IMG/VR virus record: IMGVR_UViG_3300031688_001339
Direction: 5' to 3' (one strand)
Length of the DNA stretch: 64,000 nt
Source of the DNA: a virus
Below the pieces are notes generated by a model that was not told the DNA's origin, did not search any database, and worked only from the letters and a program-made list of their open reading frames with translations. Shown here in pieces: positions 47,189-56,921 of the stretch (its first letter is position 1; the number at the start of each line of letters is the position of its first letter). A program made the position numbers and the translations under genes.

Positions 47189-48409
47189 ATGTTTAATTTT
47201 AAAGGTTTTATTACAAAAGAAAAGAACACACATTTAGAACACCTAGAAGACGATATAATTAATAGGGGTTCAGTGGGTGGAGATAATGCTGTTAAGTTTC
47301 TAAAATCAATTAGAAATATGCTAGCAGGTTCATCTGGTGGTAAAGTAAATATGTCTGTTAAGTGGGACGGTGCTCCCGCTATTGTAGCAGGTATTAATCC
47401 AGAAAATGGTAAATTCTTTGTTGGAACTAAATCAGTATTCAACGCAACACCAAAAATCAATTATACTTCAGGCGATATATCTTCCAACCATTCAGGTCCG
47501 GTTGCAGAGAAATTGAATGTATGTTTAAGAGAATTAAAAAAATTAAGAATAAGAGGTATCTACCAAGGAGATTTACTCTTTACAAATGATACAGTAACAA
47601 AAGTTATAGATGGTGAAAGTATGATTACGTTTACACCAAACACTATTACATATGCTGTACCAGCCAACTCAACAATAGGTAAAAAAATTAGAAGAGCAAG
47701 AATAGGAATAGTATTTCATACTTACTATTCAGGCAAAACTATGAAATCATTAAATGCTGGTTTTGGTACTGTGTCGGGTAAATCAGGATCATCTTCTATA
47801 TTTTTAGCAAGTGCTGGTTATACTGATACATCTGGTTCATCTACATTTACAAAGAGTGAACTATCTAGATTTGATAGTCTAATAAGAATGGCAGAGGGTT
47901 CTTTAAGTAAAGCTTCAACAATACTAAATGAAATGTCAAGAAACAAAGACGCCTTATCTGTAGGGTATAGATTAAAATCTTTCTTCAATCACTATATAAG
48001 AAACACACAAGGTCATATGGCCAAAGTGAAATCAATGCAAGGTATGTTTAGAGATTACTACAAGAACATATTACAGGCAGAGATAGACGCCAAGAAATCA
48101 GATAAAGGTAAACAAAAATATAAAGATATATTAGATACAAATTTAAAGTATATTGATAGAAATGAATCAGCATTGTATTTTGCAATCGCTAGTCATATCA
48201 GTTTACAAAATGCAAAGAACTTTTTAGTAAGTAAACTTTCGCAAGTACAAAACATAGGTCACTTCATAAGAACATCAACCGGTTACAGAGTAACTAATCC
48301 AGAGGGTTATGTTGCAGTAGATAGATCAGCAGGTGCAGTTAAACTTGTGGATAGACTAGAATTTAGTAGAGCCAACTTCACGATTAGTAAAGATTGGGTC
48401 AAAGGATAA
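47189..48409 (+). CDS. Ligase-like covalent nucleotidyltransferase-superfamily protein
   Basis: KWDG (motif I), QGDLLF (III), EGYV (IV), VKLV (V); N-terminal HLEHLED. Confidence 0.6.
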   Translation: MFNFKGFITKEKNTHLEHLEDDIINRGSVGGDNAVKFLKSIRNMLAGSSGGKVNMSVKWDGAPAIVAGINPENGKFFVGTKSVFNATPKINYTSGDISSNHSGPVAEKLNVCLRELKKLRIRGIYQGDLLFTNDTVTKVIDGESMITFTPNTITYAVPANSTIGKKIRRARIGIVFHTYYSGKTMKSLNAGFGTVSGKSGSSSIFLASAGYTDTSGSSTFTKSELSRFDSLIRMAEGSLSKASTILNEMSRNKDALSVGYRLKSFFNHYIRNTQGHMAKVKSMQGMFRDYYKNILQAEIDAKKSDKGKQKYKDILDTNLKYIDRNESALYFAIASHISLQNAKNFLVSKLSQVQNIGHFIRTSTGYRVTNPEGYVAVDRSAGAVKLVDRLEFSRANFTISKDWVKG

Positions 48410-48418
48410 ATATAAGCA

Positions 48419-48775
48419 ATGAAAACATACAAAGAATACGAAAACAAATTAGATCATATTGATAGCTTATGTGAAGATATGAAATATGACGACCTTGTAG
48501 TTGAAGAAATTGAACATCAAGGAAAGAAAGTAAAACTAAACAACCCTACTAGAACACCTAGTGGACCAGGTAAGTTTGCAGTGTACGTTAAGAACGATAA
48601 AGGTAATGTTGTCAAGGTAACTTTTGGTGATCCCAATATGGAAATCAAAAGAGACAGTGTAGCAAGACGTAAATCTTTCAGAGCAAGACACAACTGTGAA
48701 AATCCAGGTCCTAAATGGAAGGCAAGATATTGGTCATGTTATCAATGGAGAGCTGGTGCAAAGGTAGATAATTAA
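48419..48775 (+). CDS. Conserved phage hypothetical protein
   Basis: KVTFGDPNM, RKSFRARHNC, ARYWSC; capsid-targeting-like N-terminus. Confidence 0.7.
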   Translation: MKTYKEYENKLDHIDSLCEDMKYDDLVVEEIEHQGKKVKLNNPTRTPSGPGKFAVYVKNDKGNVVKVTFGDPNMEIKRDSVARRKSFRARHNCENPGPKWKARYWSCYQWRAGAKVDN

Positions 48776-48788
48776 AAATGGAGATACT

Positions 48789-49571
48789 ATGTATATAAAA
48801 GGTGGAATGAAAAAACTTTCCAAGGCTATCGCCAAGTCAGCGAAAGAAGGATTTGATAAAGAGATAGCAAAAGCACAAGAAGAAGAAAATCAAATACAGG
48901 CAATGGAACGACAAGCGGCTGGTTTACCACCAATTGATGAACCAGAAACGATGAAGTTTCCTACGCCAGAACCAAGTAAGGAACCACCAATAGAAGAAGT
49001 TCCTTATATAGAACCGGAGATTATAAGAGTGAACGAAAATTATGACCCCTTAAAGGGAAATTTAACAATGGCTGAAAAATGCGAAGCATGGAAACATAAC
49101 TTTGCTCAGTTAAATCCAAAAGAAAAGTTTATGTATCTAATACAACAAAGTAAAGGTGTTGTTAAATTAGATGAGAAGACACAGAGAATACAAGGCTATA
49201 GAGTTTATGGTTGTGTAAGTCAGGTATGGGTATTACCATCATTAAAAGGTGATAATATGATACTAGAAATGGACGCAGACTCACATGAAGCAAGAGGAGT
49301 TGTTTACATACTTAAAAACATTTTCTCAGGTCATACACCAAAAGAAATCATTGAGTTTAATGTACATACTATTATGGACATTGGTTTTTTAGATGTTTTA
49401 TCTATTGATAGAGTTGACGGTACTTATGCAATTATACAAGCAATCAAAGCTTATGCAACAGACACACAACAAATAATAGATGAACAGTCTGGTATTGTTA
49501 ATACAAAGAGTGTATATAAACCAGGTAACGCTACTAACAAAGATTACTTCAAGGACTTTAAAGACGAATAA
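48789..49571 (+). CDS. SufE/CsdE-like sulfur acceptor with Pro/Glu-rich N-terminal extension
   Basis: RVYGCVSQVW, DADS..ARG, SGHTPKEI, LSIDRVDG. Confidence 0.75.
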   Translation: MYIKGGMKKLSKAIAKSAKEGFDKEIAKAQEEENQIQAMERQAAGLPPIDEPETMKFPTPEPSKEPPIEEVPYIEPEIIRVNENYDPLKGNLTMAEKCEAWKHNFAQLNPKEKFMYLIQQSKGVVKLDEKTQRIQGYRVYGCVSQVWVLPSLKGDNMILEMDADSHEARGVVYILKNIFSGHTPKEIIEFNVHTIMDIGFLDVLSIDRVDGTYAIIQAIKAYATDTQQIIDEQSGIVNTKSVYKPGNATNKDYFKDFKDE

Positions 49572-50293
49572 TGAAAACAATTAAAGAAGTCAACACAATG
49601 TTACAAGAGGGAGTGTACGATCCAGGTATATTCAAAGCTTTCTTTTTAGCAGGTGGTCCAGGTTCGGGCAAGACTTTTATTACACAATCAGCATTTGCTG
49701 GTACAGGATTGAAAGTAGTTAATTCAGATACAATCTTTGAAAGAAGTTTGTTAAAGGCAAATTTATCATTAAAAATGCCAGACCATGAAGAATACTTTAG
49801 AGACATTGTAAGAAGAAGATCAAAACTTACAGCAGGTTCTCAATTGGAACAATATGTACAAGGCAGATTAGGGTTAATCATAGACGCAACAGGTAGAGAT
49901 AAGACAGTTATTACAAGACAACACTCTATGTTAAAGGCGATTGGCTATGATACGTATATGATCTTTGTAAACACAAGTTTAGAAGTTGCACAACAAAGAA
50001 ACTTAAATAGACCTAGGTCTGTACCTGAATACATTGTACAGAATAGTTGGAACAAAGTACAACAAAACATTGGTAGTTTCCAAAGTACATTTAAACCAAT
50101 GAACATGTTAGTTGTTGACAATAACAGATCAGAAAAAGAACTTGTTACTAATACGGTTGCTACAGCAAGTAAATATATTAGAAGACAAATAAGTAGAAAT
50201 CCAGATAACTATCTTGCTAAACAATGGATAGCAAAAGAACTAGAGGCAAAAAATTCTCTAGTACAAAGTTCACTTGCAAAGATGAGAAAATGA
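49571..50293 (+). CDS. P-loop kinase (zeta-toxin/PNK-like)
   Basis: LAGGPGSGKT, VNSD, IIDATG, RNLNRPRSVP. Confidence 0.75.
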   Translation: MKTIKEVNTMLQEGVYDPGIFKAFFLAGGPGSGKTFITQSAFAGTGLKVVNSDTIFERSLLKANLSLKMPDHEEYFRDIVRRRSKLTAGSQLEQYVQGRLGLIIDATGRDKTVITRQHSMLKAIGYDTYMIFVNTSLEVAQQRNLNRPRSVPEYIVQNSWNKVQQNIGSFQSTFKPMNMLVVDNNRSEKELVTNTVATASKYIRRQISRNPDNYLAKQWIAKELEAKNSLVQSSLAKMRK

Positions 50294-52596
50294 TAACAAA
50301 TTTTAAAGACTACATAATCAAAGAAAGTATTATAGATATACCTAGAAGAACATATGCACCAGCTGTGTTTGATAATGCAGATACTAAAAAACCTACAATA
50401 AAAAAGAGTGTTCTAAAACAGATTGACGATCAAATTTTTCAATTTAAAAAAGAATATCCTGTTTTAAAGGTTGCTTTAATTGGTTCAATACTAACACATA
50501 GATATAGAAATGACGCAGACTTGGACATTAATATACTGTTTGATATACCAAAAGAAAAACAAGAACAAGAAAGAGTTGACCTTTCTCAAAAGTATTTGTC
50601 AGCAAAGAACCCAAAAAATATTCAAGGTAAATTAATACCAGGTACACAACACCCTATTAACTATTACTTTATTACAGATGAAGAAACTTACGATGATCAA
50701 AACAAAAAAGCAGACGCAGTATTTGATATAACAAATAATAAATTTGTTAAGAAACCTGACGATTTTGTATTTGATACTAATCTATATGTACAAGAGTTTG
50801 AAAGAAAAGTACAAGAGTTAGACGTAGTTAAAGGCGAATTAAAAAGAGACATTATAGATTATAATGAATTAACAGAATTAAAACCTAACGACATTTTAAA
50901 TCTACAAGAAAAGATTAATGAAAAGTTAGATGAAATAGAAGATAGTATCAGTGATATAATTAAAATCGGAGATGTTGTAGACGCCGAAAGAAGATCAGCA
51001 TTTAATACTGACATGTCACCAGATGAAATTAGAAAATTCGGTGTTAAGAATAGATTACCTAAAAATGTTATCTATAAGATGTTAGAAAAATACCATTACT
51101 TAAAGTTCTACAAAAAATGTAAAATGATTTTAGATGATGGTAAAGTTACAGACGATGAAATTAAATCTTTAAGAATAGAAGACGTTGATGGTATGAGTGC
51201 AGAATCAATTGCCTCAGCATGGTCTGATATAATTAGAAGAACAATTAAGGCACCTAGAATGAAAGCCGGCATTGAACTGTACATGAAATATCTAAAACAA
51301 GGTATGAAAGACGCCAAGAATAAGGCAGCTCAACATGCTGGTATAGATTACAATGAATTTGGTAAGGCAGTGACAGACGCTGGGTTACCTGAACAAGTTA
51401 CTGAAGCAGTCGTTGCTACTAAAGAGGTTGCATTTACATTTGGTAGATTTAATCCACCTACAATAGGTCACGAAAAACTTATTAAGAAAGTTGCTCAGGC
51501 AGCCAAAGATTATAAAGTATTTTTAAGTAGAAGTGAAGATACTAAAAAGAATCCATTATCTCCTAGTGAGAAATTATCTTACATGAAAAAGATGTTTCCT
51601 ACACACGCAAGAAACATAGAGATTAATAAATCAAATATGATATTAGATATTGCTACTACGTTATTTAAGAAAGGTTACAACGTTCTTAAAATGGTTGTAG
51701 GTAGTGATAGAGTAAGTGAGTTTAAAGGTATACTTACAAAATATAACGATGTTCAAAGTAGACATGGTTACTATGATTTTAAAAAGATAGAAGTTATATC
51801 TGCCGGTGAAAGAGATCCGGATGCCGATGGCGCCTCTGGTATGAGTGCAAGTAAAATGAGAGCTGCAGCTGCCAAAGGAGACTTAAAAGATTTTGCAAAA
51901 GGTTTACCAAGAGGTGTAAACGCAGACGCATTAATGAAAGATGTTAGAAAAGGAATGAACATCAAAGAAGAAATTCAAAACAATAAACCAACAATGAGTT
52001 TAGTTGAATTTGAACAACAACAAATAAGAGACCTTTATTTAAGAGACATGATCTTCAACATTGGAGAAAAAGTTACCTATGTCAAAGAAGATATGCAAGG
52101 TACAGTTAAAAGAAAAGGTACAAATTATATTGTCCTAGAGGACAATCAAAACAATTTACACAAATGCTGGATATGGGATTGTATTCCTATCGCAAGTGAC
52201 AAAGAGGTTGCAGTGAGAGAACATAACTTAAACGTAGACTATGGCTTTAGAGCCGTTTCAGAGGATACCTTTAAGGAACAGAAATACAAAAAGATATTTG
52301 GTGATTTAAAGAAAGAGATCAGTATGAAATTTGAGAAAGAATCGTATGAAATAGGCGCCGACTATGCCAATCATACTAAAGAAATGACACCTGGTGAGAA
52401 ACCAGACGCTAAACCTATTGACGCCAAGCAGAGAGGTTACCCTACACAACCAGATTTAGATACAAAAATATCTGAAATAAATGTAAAAGAATGGGCTTCT
52501 TCAGGTGAAACAATAGATAAATATAAACAAAGATTTAAAGAGGAATGGAAAGTAAAGCTTGATCAGGCTGTGACAAAAATGATTAATGACTTATAG
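50290..52596 (+). CDS. Fusion of Pol-beta-type nucleotidyltransferase and HIGH-family cytidylyl/adenylyltransferase
   Basis: IGSI..DADLD in N-terminal domain; FGRFNPPTIGH, VGSDR, SASKMR in central domain. Confidence 0.75.
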   Translation: MITNFKDYIIKESIIDIPRRTYAPAVFDNADTKKPTIKKSVLKQIDDQIFQFKKEYPVLKVALIGSILTHRYRNDADLDINILFDIPKEKQEQERVDLSQKYLSAKNPKNIQGKLIPGTQHPINYYFITDEETYDDQNKKADAVFDITNNKFVKKPDDFVFDTNLYVQEFERKVQELDVVKGELKRDIIDYNELTELKPNDILNLQEKINEKLDEIEDSISDIIKIGDVVDAERRSAFNTDMSPDEIRKFGVKNRLPKNVIYKMLEKYHYLKFYKKCKMILDDGKVTDDEIKSLRIEDVDGMSAESIASAWSDIIRRTIKAPRMKAGIELYMKYLKQGMKDAKNKAAQHAGIDYNEFGKAVTDAGLPEQVTEAVVATKEVAFTFGRFNPPTIGHEKLIKKVAQAAKDYKVFLSRSEDTKKNPLSPSEKLSYMKKMFPTHARNIEINKSNMILDIATTLFKKGYNVLKMVVGSDRVSEFKGILTKYNDVQSRHGYYDFKKIEVISAGERDPDADGASGMSASKMRAAAAKGDLKDFAKGLPRGVNADALMKDVRKGMNIKEEIQNNKPTMSLVEFEQQQIRDLYLRDMIFNIGEKVTYVKEDMQGTVKRKGTNYIVLEDNQNNLHKCWIWDCIPIASDKEVAVREHNLNVDYGFRAVSEDTFKEQKYKKIFGDLKKEISMKFEKESYEIGADYANHTKEMTPGEKPDAKPIDAKQRGYPTQPDLDTKISEINVKEWASSGETIDKYKQRFKEEWKVKLDQAVTKMINDL

Positions 52597-52618
52597 ACCA
52601 CCCAAACAAAGGAATAAA

Positions 52619-54385
52619 ATGAGCAGCTATAGAAAAACAATGGCAGAGGCAATGCAGGAAGTAAATGCAATTAGCCAAGAACGACAAGATAAGAATTTAT
52701 TAGAGAACGTTCTAATGGGTACTCTTAAAGATAATCAATTGGCCAACCTTAAAAAAGTATGGGCAAATAAATCTATGAAAGATGTAACACCAGGTCTTAA
52801 AGCTACAATAGCTAAAATGGACATGCCTACTAAAGTTGCAATCGCAGGTGCAGGAATTAATGTACTTAAAGATATAGTATTCAAAGAAGAAGACGCTTAC
52901 GATAAAGACGATGAGAAACCAAAGACTAAACCTAAACCTAAACCTAAAAAATTACAGGCGTCTTATGAAGAAGTAGAACTACAAGCAATACTAGACGAAA
53001 AATTTACAGTACAAATTACTAAAAAAGATGGTTCAACAATGGAACTAGGAAGATATAATACTTCACATGAAGCACAAAGATATGTTGACATGTATGGTAA
53101 AGGTGCTAAGGTTGTTAAAGAAGAAAATTTCCACGAAGGCAAGATGAGCCAGATATATGCAATGGACCAAGATGGTGCAAGTGCAACCGAAATTGCTAAA
53201 GCATTAAAAGTTTCAACAAAAACAGTTGAAGATATACTTGGTGAAGACAAAAAAGATTTAGACGAGTCTTTTTCTCCTGCTATGTTACAAAAATTAAAAA
53301 CTGAATTTGGTCCTTTAAAAGGCAAAACAATTAACGCTGCTCAGGCAAGACAGTTGATGAACATTTTAGATAAATTAAATGATAAAGGTTTAGAAACTTT
53401 AAAAGGTGCAGGTATACCTTTTGTTTCATCTGGTGCAATGTCTAAACTTTCAGTAAGAAATATGAAATTCAAAGTAACTACACTCAATCCAATGAAAGAA
53501 GAATCTTGTGGTTGTGATTGTGGTAAAAGTCCTTGTACATCATGTGGTAAAGATCATCACAAAGTTGAAGAATCTTATACAGTAAAATATGTAGACCCTT
53601 TAAATAAAAAGAACTTACGTATGAAACATGCTGATAAGAAAGACGCACAAGATATGATGGATAGATTGAAAAAAGATGGTGTTAAAGAGATAGAGATAGT
53701 AAAAGAAGGTTCAAGTGCTTTCTCACCTACTAAAAAGTTTTCAGATCAAGAAATTAAACAAGCATATGGTATTGCAAATGACCCACGTTACAAAGGTGGT
53801 AACTATTCAGGTGCAGTTACAGCTATTGAGAAAATAGCAAAAGGATTATCATCATATCCAGCAGTACAAAATGTTTTAAAAAGAACTAATGAAGATGTAC
53901 CAGCAGGCTCTCATAAAATGCCTGATGGAACTATTATGAAAGACAAAGATCATAAGAAAGAAGTTGAAGAAGATAGCGATCCTTGTTGGGATAGCCATAA
54001 AATGGTCGGTATGAAATCTAAAGGTGGCAAACAAGTACCAAACTGTGTACCTAAAGAAGAAACACAAGATGGTGCTAAGAAATTAGTTGCTAAAATTATG
54101 AAAGAAAAATTTGGTGCAACAAAAGATTTAACAGAAGCAAGATGGGAAATAGAAGGTAAATTAAGTTACAAAGGAATAGGTAGCTATGATAACTTTCATA
54201 TGGTCGTTGACGCTCCTAACAAAGACAAAGCCGAAGATAAGGCATATAGCGAGTTAGATAAAGCAAGAGCAAGAAAAAAAATAGGACCAGGTGGTGGCGG
54301 TAGAGTTGAAGACGCTGAAGTTGAGTCAATAGAAAAAACTAACGATAAGTTATCAGCTCCTGAAACTTACCAAGGAGGAAATTAA
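52619..54385 (+). CDS. Large low-complexity modular protein, probable head internal protein
   Basis: Short modules separated by xxE sites (VKEE, LDE, LTE); K/E-rich. Confidence 0.55.
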   Translation: MSSYRKTMAEAMQEVNAISQERQDKNLLENVLMGTLKDNQLANLKKVWANKSMKDVTPGLKATIAKMDMPTKVAIAGAGINVLKDIVFKEEDAYDKDDEKPKTKPKPKPKKLQASYEEVELQAILDEKFTVQITKKDGSTMELGRYNTSHEAQRYVDMYGKGAKVVKEENFHEGKMSQIYAMDQDGASATEIAKALKVSTKTVEDILGEDKKDLDESFSPAMLQKLKTEFGPLKGKTINAAQARQLMNILDKLNDKGLETLKGAGIPFVSSGAMSKLSVRNMKFKVTTLNPMKEESCGCDCGKSPCTSCGKDHHKVEESYTVKYVDPLNKKNLRMKHADKKDAQDMMDRLKKDGVKEIEIVKEGSSAFSPTKKFSDQEIKQAYGIANDPRYKGGNYSGAVTAIEKIAKGLSSYPAVQNVLKRTNEDVPAGSHKMPDGTIMKDKDHKKEVEEDSDPCWDSHKMVGMKSKGGKQVPNCVPKEETQDGAKKLVAKIMKEKFGATKDLTEARWEIEGKLSYKGIGSYDNFHMVVDAPNKDKAEDKAYSELDKARARKKIGPGGGGRVEDAEVESIEKTNDKLSAPETYQGGN

Positions 54386-54387
54386 AC

Positions 54388-55101
54388 ATGAAAAAAGATT
54401 ATTTTAAAAGTAAACCAAATAGCCTAGAAGCTATGGCTAAAGATATGCAAATACACACTAACGAGTCTGATTACCAAGATAAATTCAAATCTGAATTAGG
54501 TAAGACAGGTAAATCAGGTATTGGTAGTATGACACCAAAAGAAAAAACTGCCTTCTTTACTAAAATAGATAAAATGCATACGGCAAAGAACGAAATTAAA
54601 GAAGACGTATCAGTTTGGGAACAAGCAGCTGACGACAAAGAGAAGTTAGCTAAAGAAGCAAAGTATTTAAAAGTTGAAGACAAAGACAAAGCAATTCCAC
54701 CAATAGATAAAGACAATAAACCTGGTGTTAAGATCGCTAAGATTAGAGCAATGAAAGACGGCGAAGATAAAGGCGAAGAAGATGTTGAAAAACTTAAAGG
54801 TCAAGTTGATCTATTGAAAGTAAAATTAGAAAACGAAAAAAACAAAGCAGTTAAACCAGTACCTAACAAAGATACAGGAGAAGTACCTCTATCAGTTGGT
54901 ATTGCATACAAGCATTTAAGAGATAAGATGAAAACTGAAACTGCTGATGTACCTAATAGAGGCAGTAAAGAGAAAGAGTCTCTTTCACTAGATACTCCAG
55001 TACAAAAAGATAAGGTTCTTCCGAAAGACAAGGGTAAAACTATGACGAAGCAACCTCAAACAGACGTAGAACTTAATCCTAAACTTAACTTATCATTTTA
55101 A
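54388..55101 (+). CDS. K/E/D-rich hypothetical protein
   Basis: SD AGGAGG; ORF track. Confidence 0.6.
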   Translation: MKKDYFKSKPNSLEAMAKDMQIHTNESDYQDKFKSELGKTGKSGIGSMTPKEKTAFFTKIDKMHTAKNEIKEDVSVWEQAADDKEKLAKEAKYLKVEDKDKAIPPIDKDNKPGVKIAKIRAMKDGEDKGEEDVEKLKGQVDLLKVKLENEKNKAVKPVPNKDTGEVPLSVGIAYKHLRDKMKTETADVPNRGSKEKESLSLDTPVQKDKVLPKDKGKTMTKQPQTDVELNPKLNLSF

Positions 55102-55119
55102 TCTAGGTATAATCTTATT

Positions 55120-55614
55120 ATGGATAAATTGCCTAGAATATATTGTGATATGGACGGTGTTCTTTGCGACTTTGTAAAAGGCATTGAGAAGTTACATAAG
55201 ATTAAAATTTCCAACTGGTCATATGGTAGTAAGCAAGAAAAATGGTCTCTAGTAAAGAGTACACCTAAATTCTGGCACACATTACCATGGCACACAGGTG
55301 CAAGACAACTATGGTCTTACATAAAGAAACACGATACTCATATACTATCAGCATACGTAGAAGAAAGCTTTGATCCTAACTGTATACCAGGGAAAAGATA
55401 TTGGGCAACGACAAATCTTGGTCTAGGACGTACCAAAATCAATCTAGTTAGAAGATCAGAGAAGCAACAGTACGCAAAATACAATGGTCAACCAGCCATT
55501 TTGATAGATGACTACAAGAAAAACACAGACCAATTCACTGCCAGAGGTGGCATAGGAATTGTACACACCTCAACATCAAATACTATCCGACAGCTTAAAC
55601 AGCTAGGTTTTTAA
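55120..55614 (+). CDS. HAD-family 5'(3')-nucleotidase-like phosphatase
   Basis: DMDGVLCDF, ILS, LIDDYKKN, GGIGI. Confidence 0.85.
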   Translation: MDKLPRIYCDMDGVLCDFVKGIEKLHKIKISNWSYGSKQEKWSLVKSTPKFWHTLPWHTGARQLWSYIKKHDTHILSAYVEESFDPNCIPGKRYWATTNLGLGRTKINLVRRSEKQQYAKYNGQPAILIDDYKKNTDQFTARGGIGIVHTSTSNTIRQLKQLGF

Positions 55615-55626
55615 ATATAAAACTCT

Positions 55627-55634
55627 TATAAATA
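55627..55634 (+). promoter_or_regulatory. Late promoter TATAAATA
   Basis: Exact consensus. Confidence 0.75.
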
Positions 55635-55682
55635 CCAGTGTTATAACAACAAAGTTAATTAATTAATTAAGGAGAAAACAAT

Positions 55683-56255
55683 ATGGCTTTATGGGGAAAC
55701 GATATTAAACCCAAGAACCTAACTACGGCTGAGAAAAAGGAAGTATACGCTACTTCTTCAGGCTGGGTTAGAGAAGCGGGTTCTATTCTTTCAGGTAATG
55801 ATAACACGGCTGCTACACCAGAAGTTTTGGTTGCAGTAAACCAACTTGCAACACTTATGGGTTCAGGTAACATCACTGAAATAGAATTTATTACGACAGC
55901 ATTTGATAAATCTGCTGGCGCAACACTACAAGCAAGAGTAAGATTTAATGAAGACGTAACTGTAACAGGTACACCACAATTATCAGTAGTAAATGGTAAT
56001 GAAGGTGCTGGAACAGGTAGAGGTCCTCACGTATTATCTTATACTGCTGGAACAAATAGTAACGAATTGACATTTAGTTTAGTAATTGCAGCTGACAACG
56101 CTGCTACTAATGCTGACGATGTACTAACAATCGGTACTAACGCATTGGCACTTAACGGTGGTACAGTAAAAGATAGAGGTACGGCAACGAACTCTACAAT
56201 TACTAACGCTGCTAGTATAGGTACTGCTGCTGGTTCAATTACAGTTGTAGCATAA
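55683..56255 (+). CDS. Virion structural protein with Ig-like beta domain; paralog A
   Basis: MALWG start; FNEDVTVTGTPQL, GTNALALNGGT; late promoter. Confidence 0.6.
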   Translation: MALWGNDIKPKNLTTAEKKEVYATSSGWVREAGSILSGNDNTAATPEVLVAVNQLATLMGSGNITEIEFITTAFDKSAGATLQARVRFNEDVTVTGTPQLSVVNGNEGAGTGRGPHVLSYTAGTNSNELTFSLVIAADNAATNADDVLTIGTNALALNGGTVKDRGTATNSTITNAASIGTAAGSITVVA

Positions 56256-56386
56256 TAAACAAGTTTGAACACAACATGGTATTCGTACCGAATTGTTAGA
56301 AAAATATTTTGATTTTAACAAGTGTGGAACTTAAATTATAGAAGAAAAAACTATAAATTAAATTAAAATAAAGGAAACAAAAAACA

Positions 56387-56803
56387 ATGGCAAACATTAC
56401 AAAAATACACCTAGAAGATTCTGATGATTTCAACAGAGTTGCTGGTGGAAAAGTTAAAAGTACAGTTACATTCAATGAAGATGTACTCGTAACAGGTAAC
56501 CCTTACTTAAATATGGTAGTTGACATGACTAACGGTCCTGCTGTAAGTGAAGGCAACAGTGCGAGAGTAGCTTGGTTAGATTACGTATCTGGTTCAGGTA
56601 CAGACGAGTTAGTATTTGAAATAACTTTAGGTGCTGATGATGTAAAATCAGGACAAGAAGGTGACGTACTTAAATTTGGTACAAATGCTTTAGCATTAAA
56701 CAATGGCACAATTAAAGACAGAGAAGACGCAGACGCTACTATTACAAATAGTCAAGCAATTGCTGACGCTGCTGGTAGTTGTGACGTTTACGCTCCGGCA
56801 TAG
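56387..56803 (+). CDS. Virion structural protein; paralog B of 55683
   Basis: FNEDVLVTGNPYL, GTNALALNNGTIKDR, TITN..AAGS shared with paralog A. Confidence 0.6.
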   Translation: MANITKIHLEDSDDFNRVAGGKVKSTVTFNEDVLVTGNPYLNMVVDMTNGPAVSEGNSARVAWLDYVSGSGTDELVFEITLGADDVKSGQEGDVLKFGTNALALNNGTIKDREDADATITNSQAIADAAGSCDVYAPA

Positions 56804-56815
56804 TAACACAATTAA

Positions 56816-56841
56816 TATAGGGGTCCTAAAAAGCCCCTATA
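56816..56841. terminator. Hairpin TATAGGGG/CCCCTATA (possible terminator or processing site)
   Basis: 8-bp inverted repeat, no clear U-tract. Confidence 0.4.
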
Positions 56842-56921
56842 TAATATAACAACAATGATGTAGTCAAATGGCTACAGTACAATTCCCTTAATACATATGG
56901 GGTTTATAGGAGAAACAAAAA

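Noticed and set aside
49571-50293. Epsilon-zeta toxin-antitoxin module
   Set aside because: No adjacent antitoxin-like gene; only the generic P-loop kinase fold is supported.
52915-52950. Short tandem repeat (AAACCT)n as CRISPR or contingency locus
   Set aside because: In-frame KPKPKP linker only; no repeat-spacer array was seen anywhere in the window.
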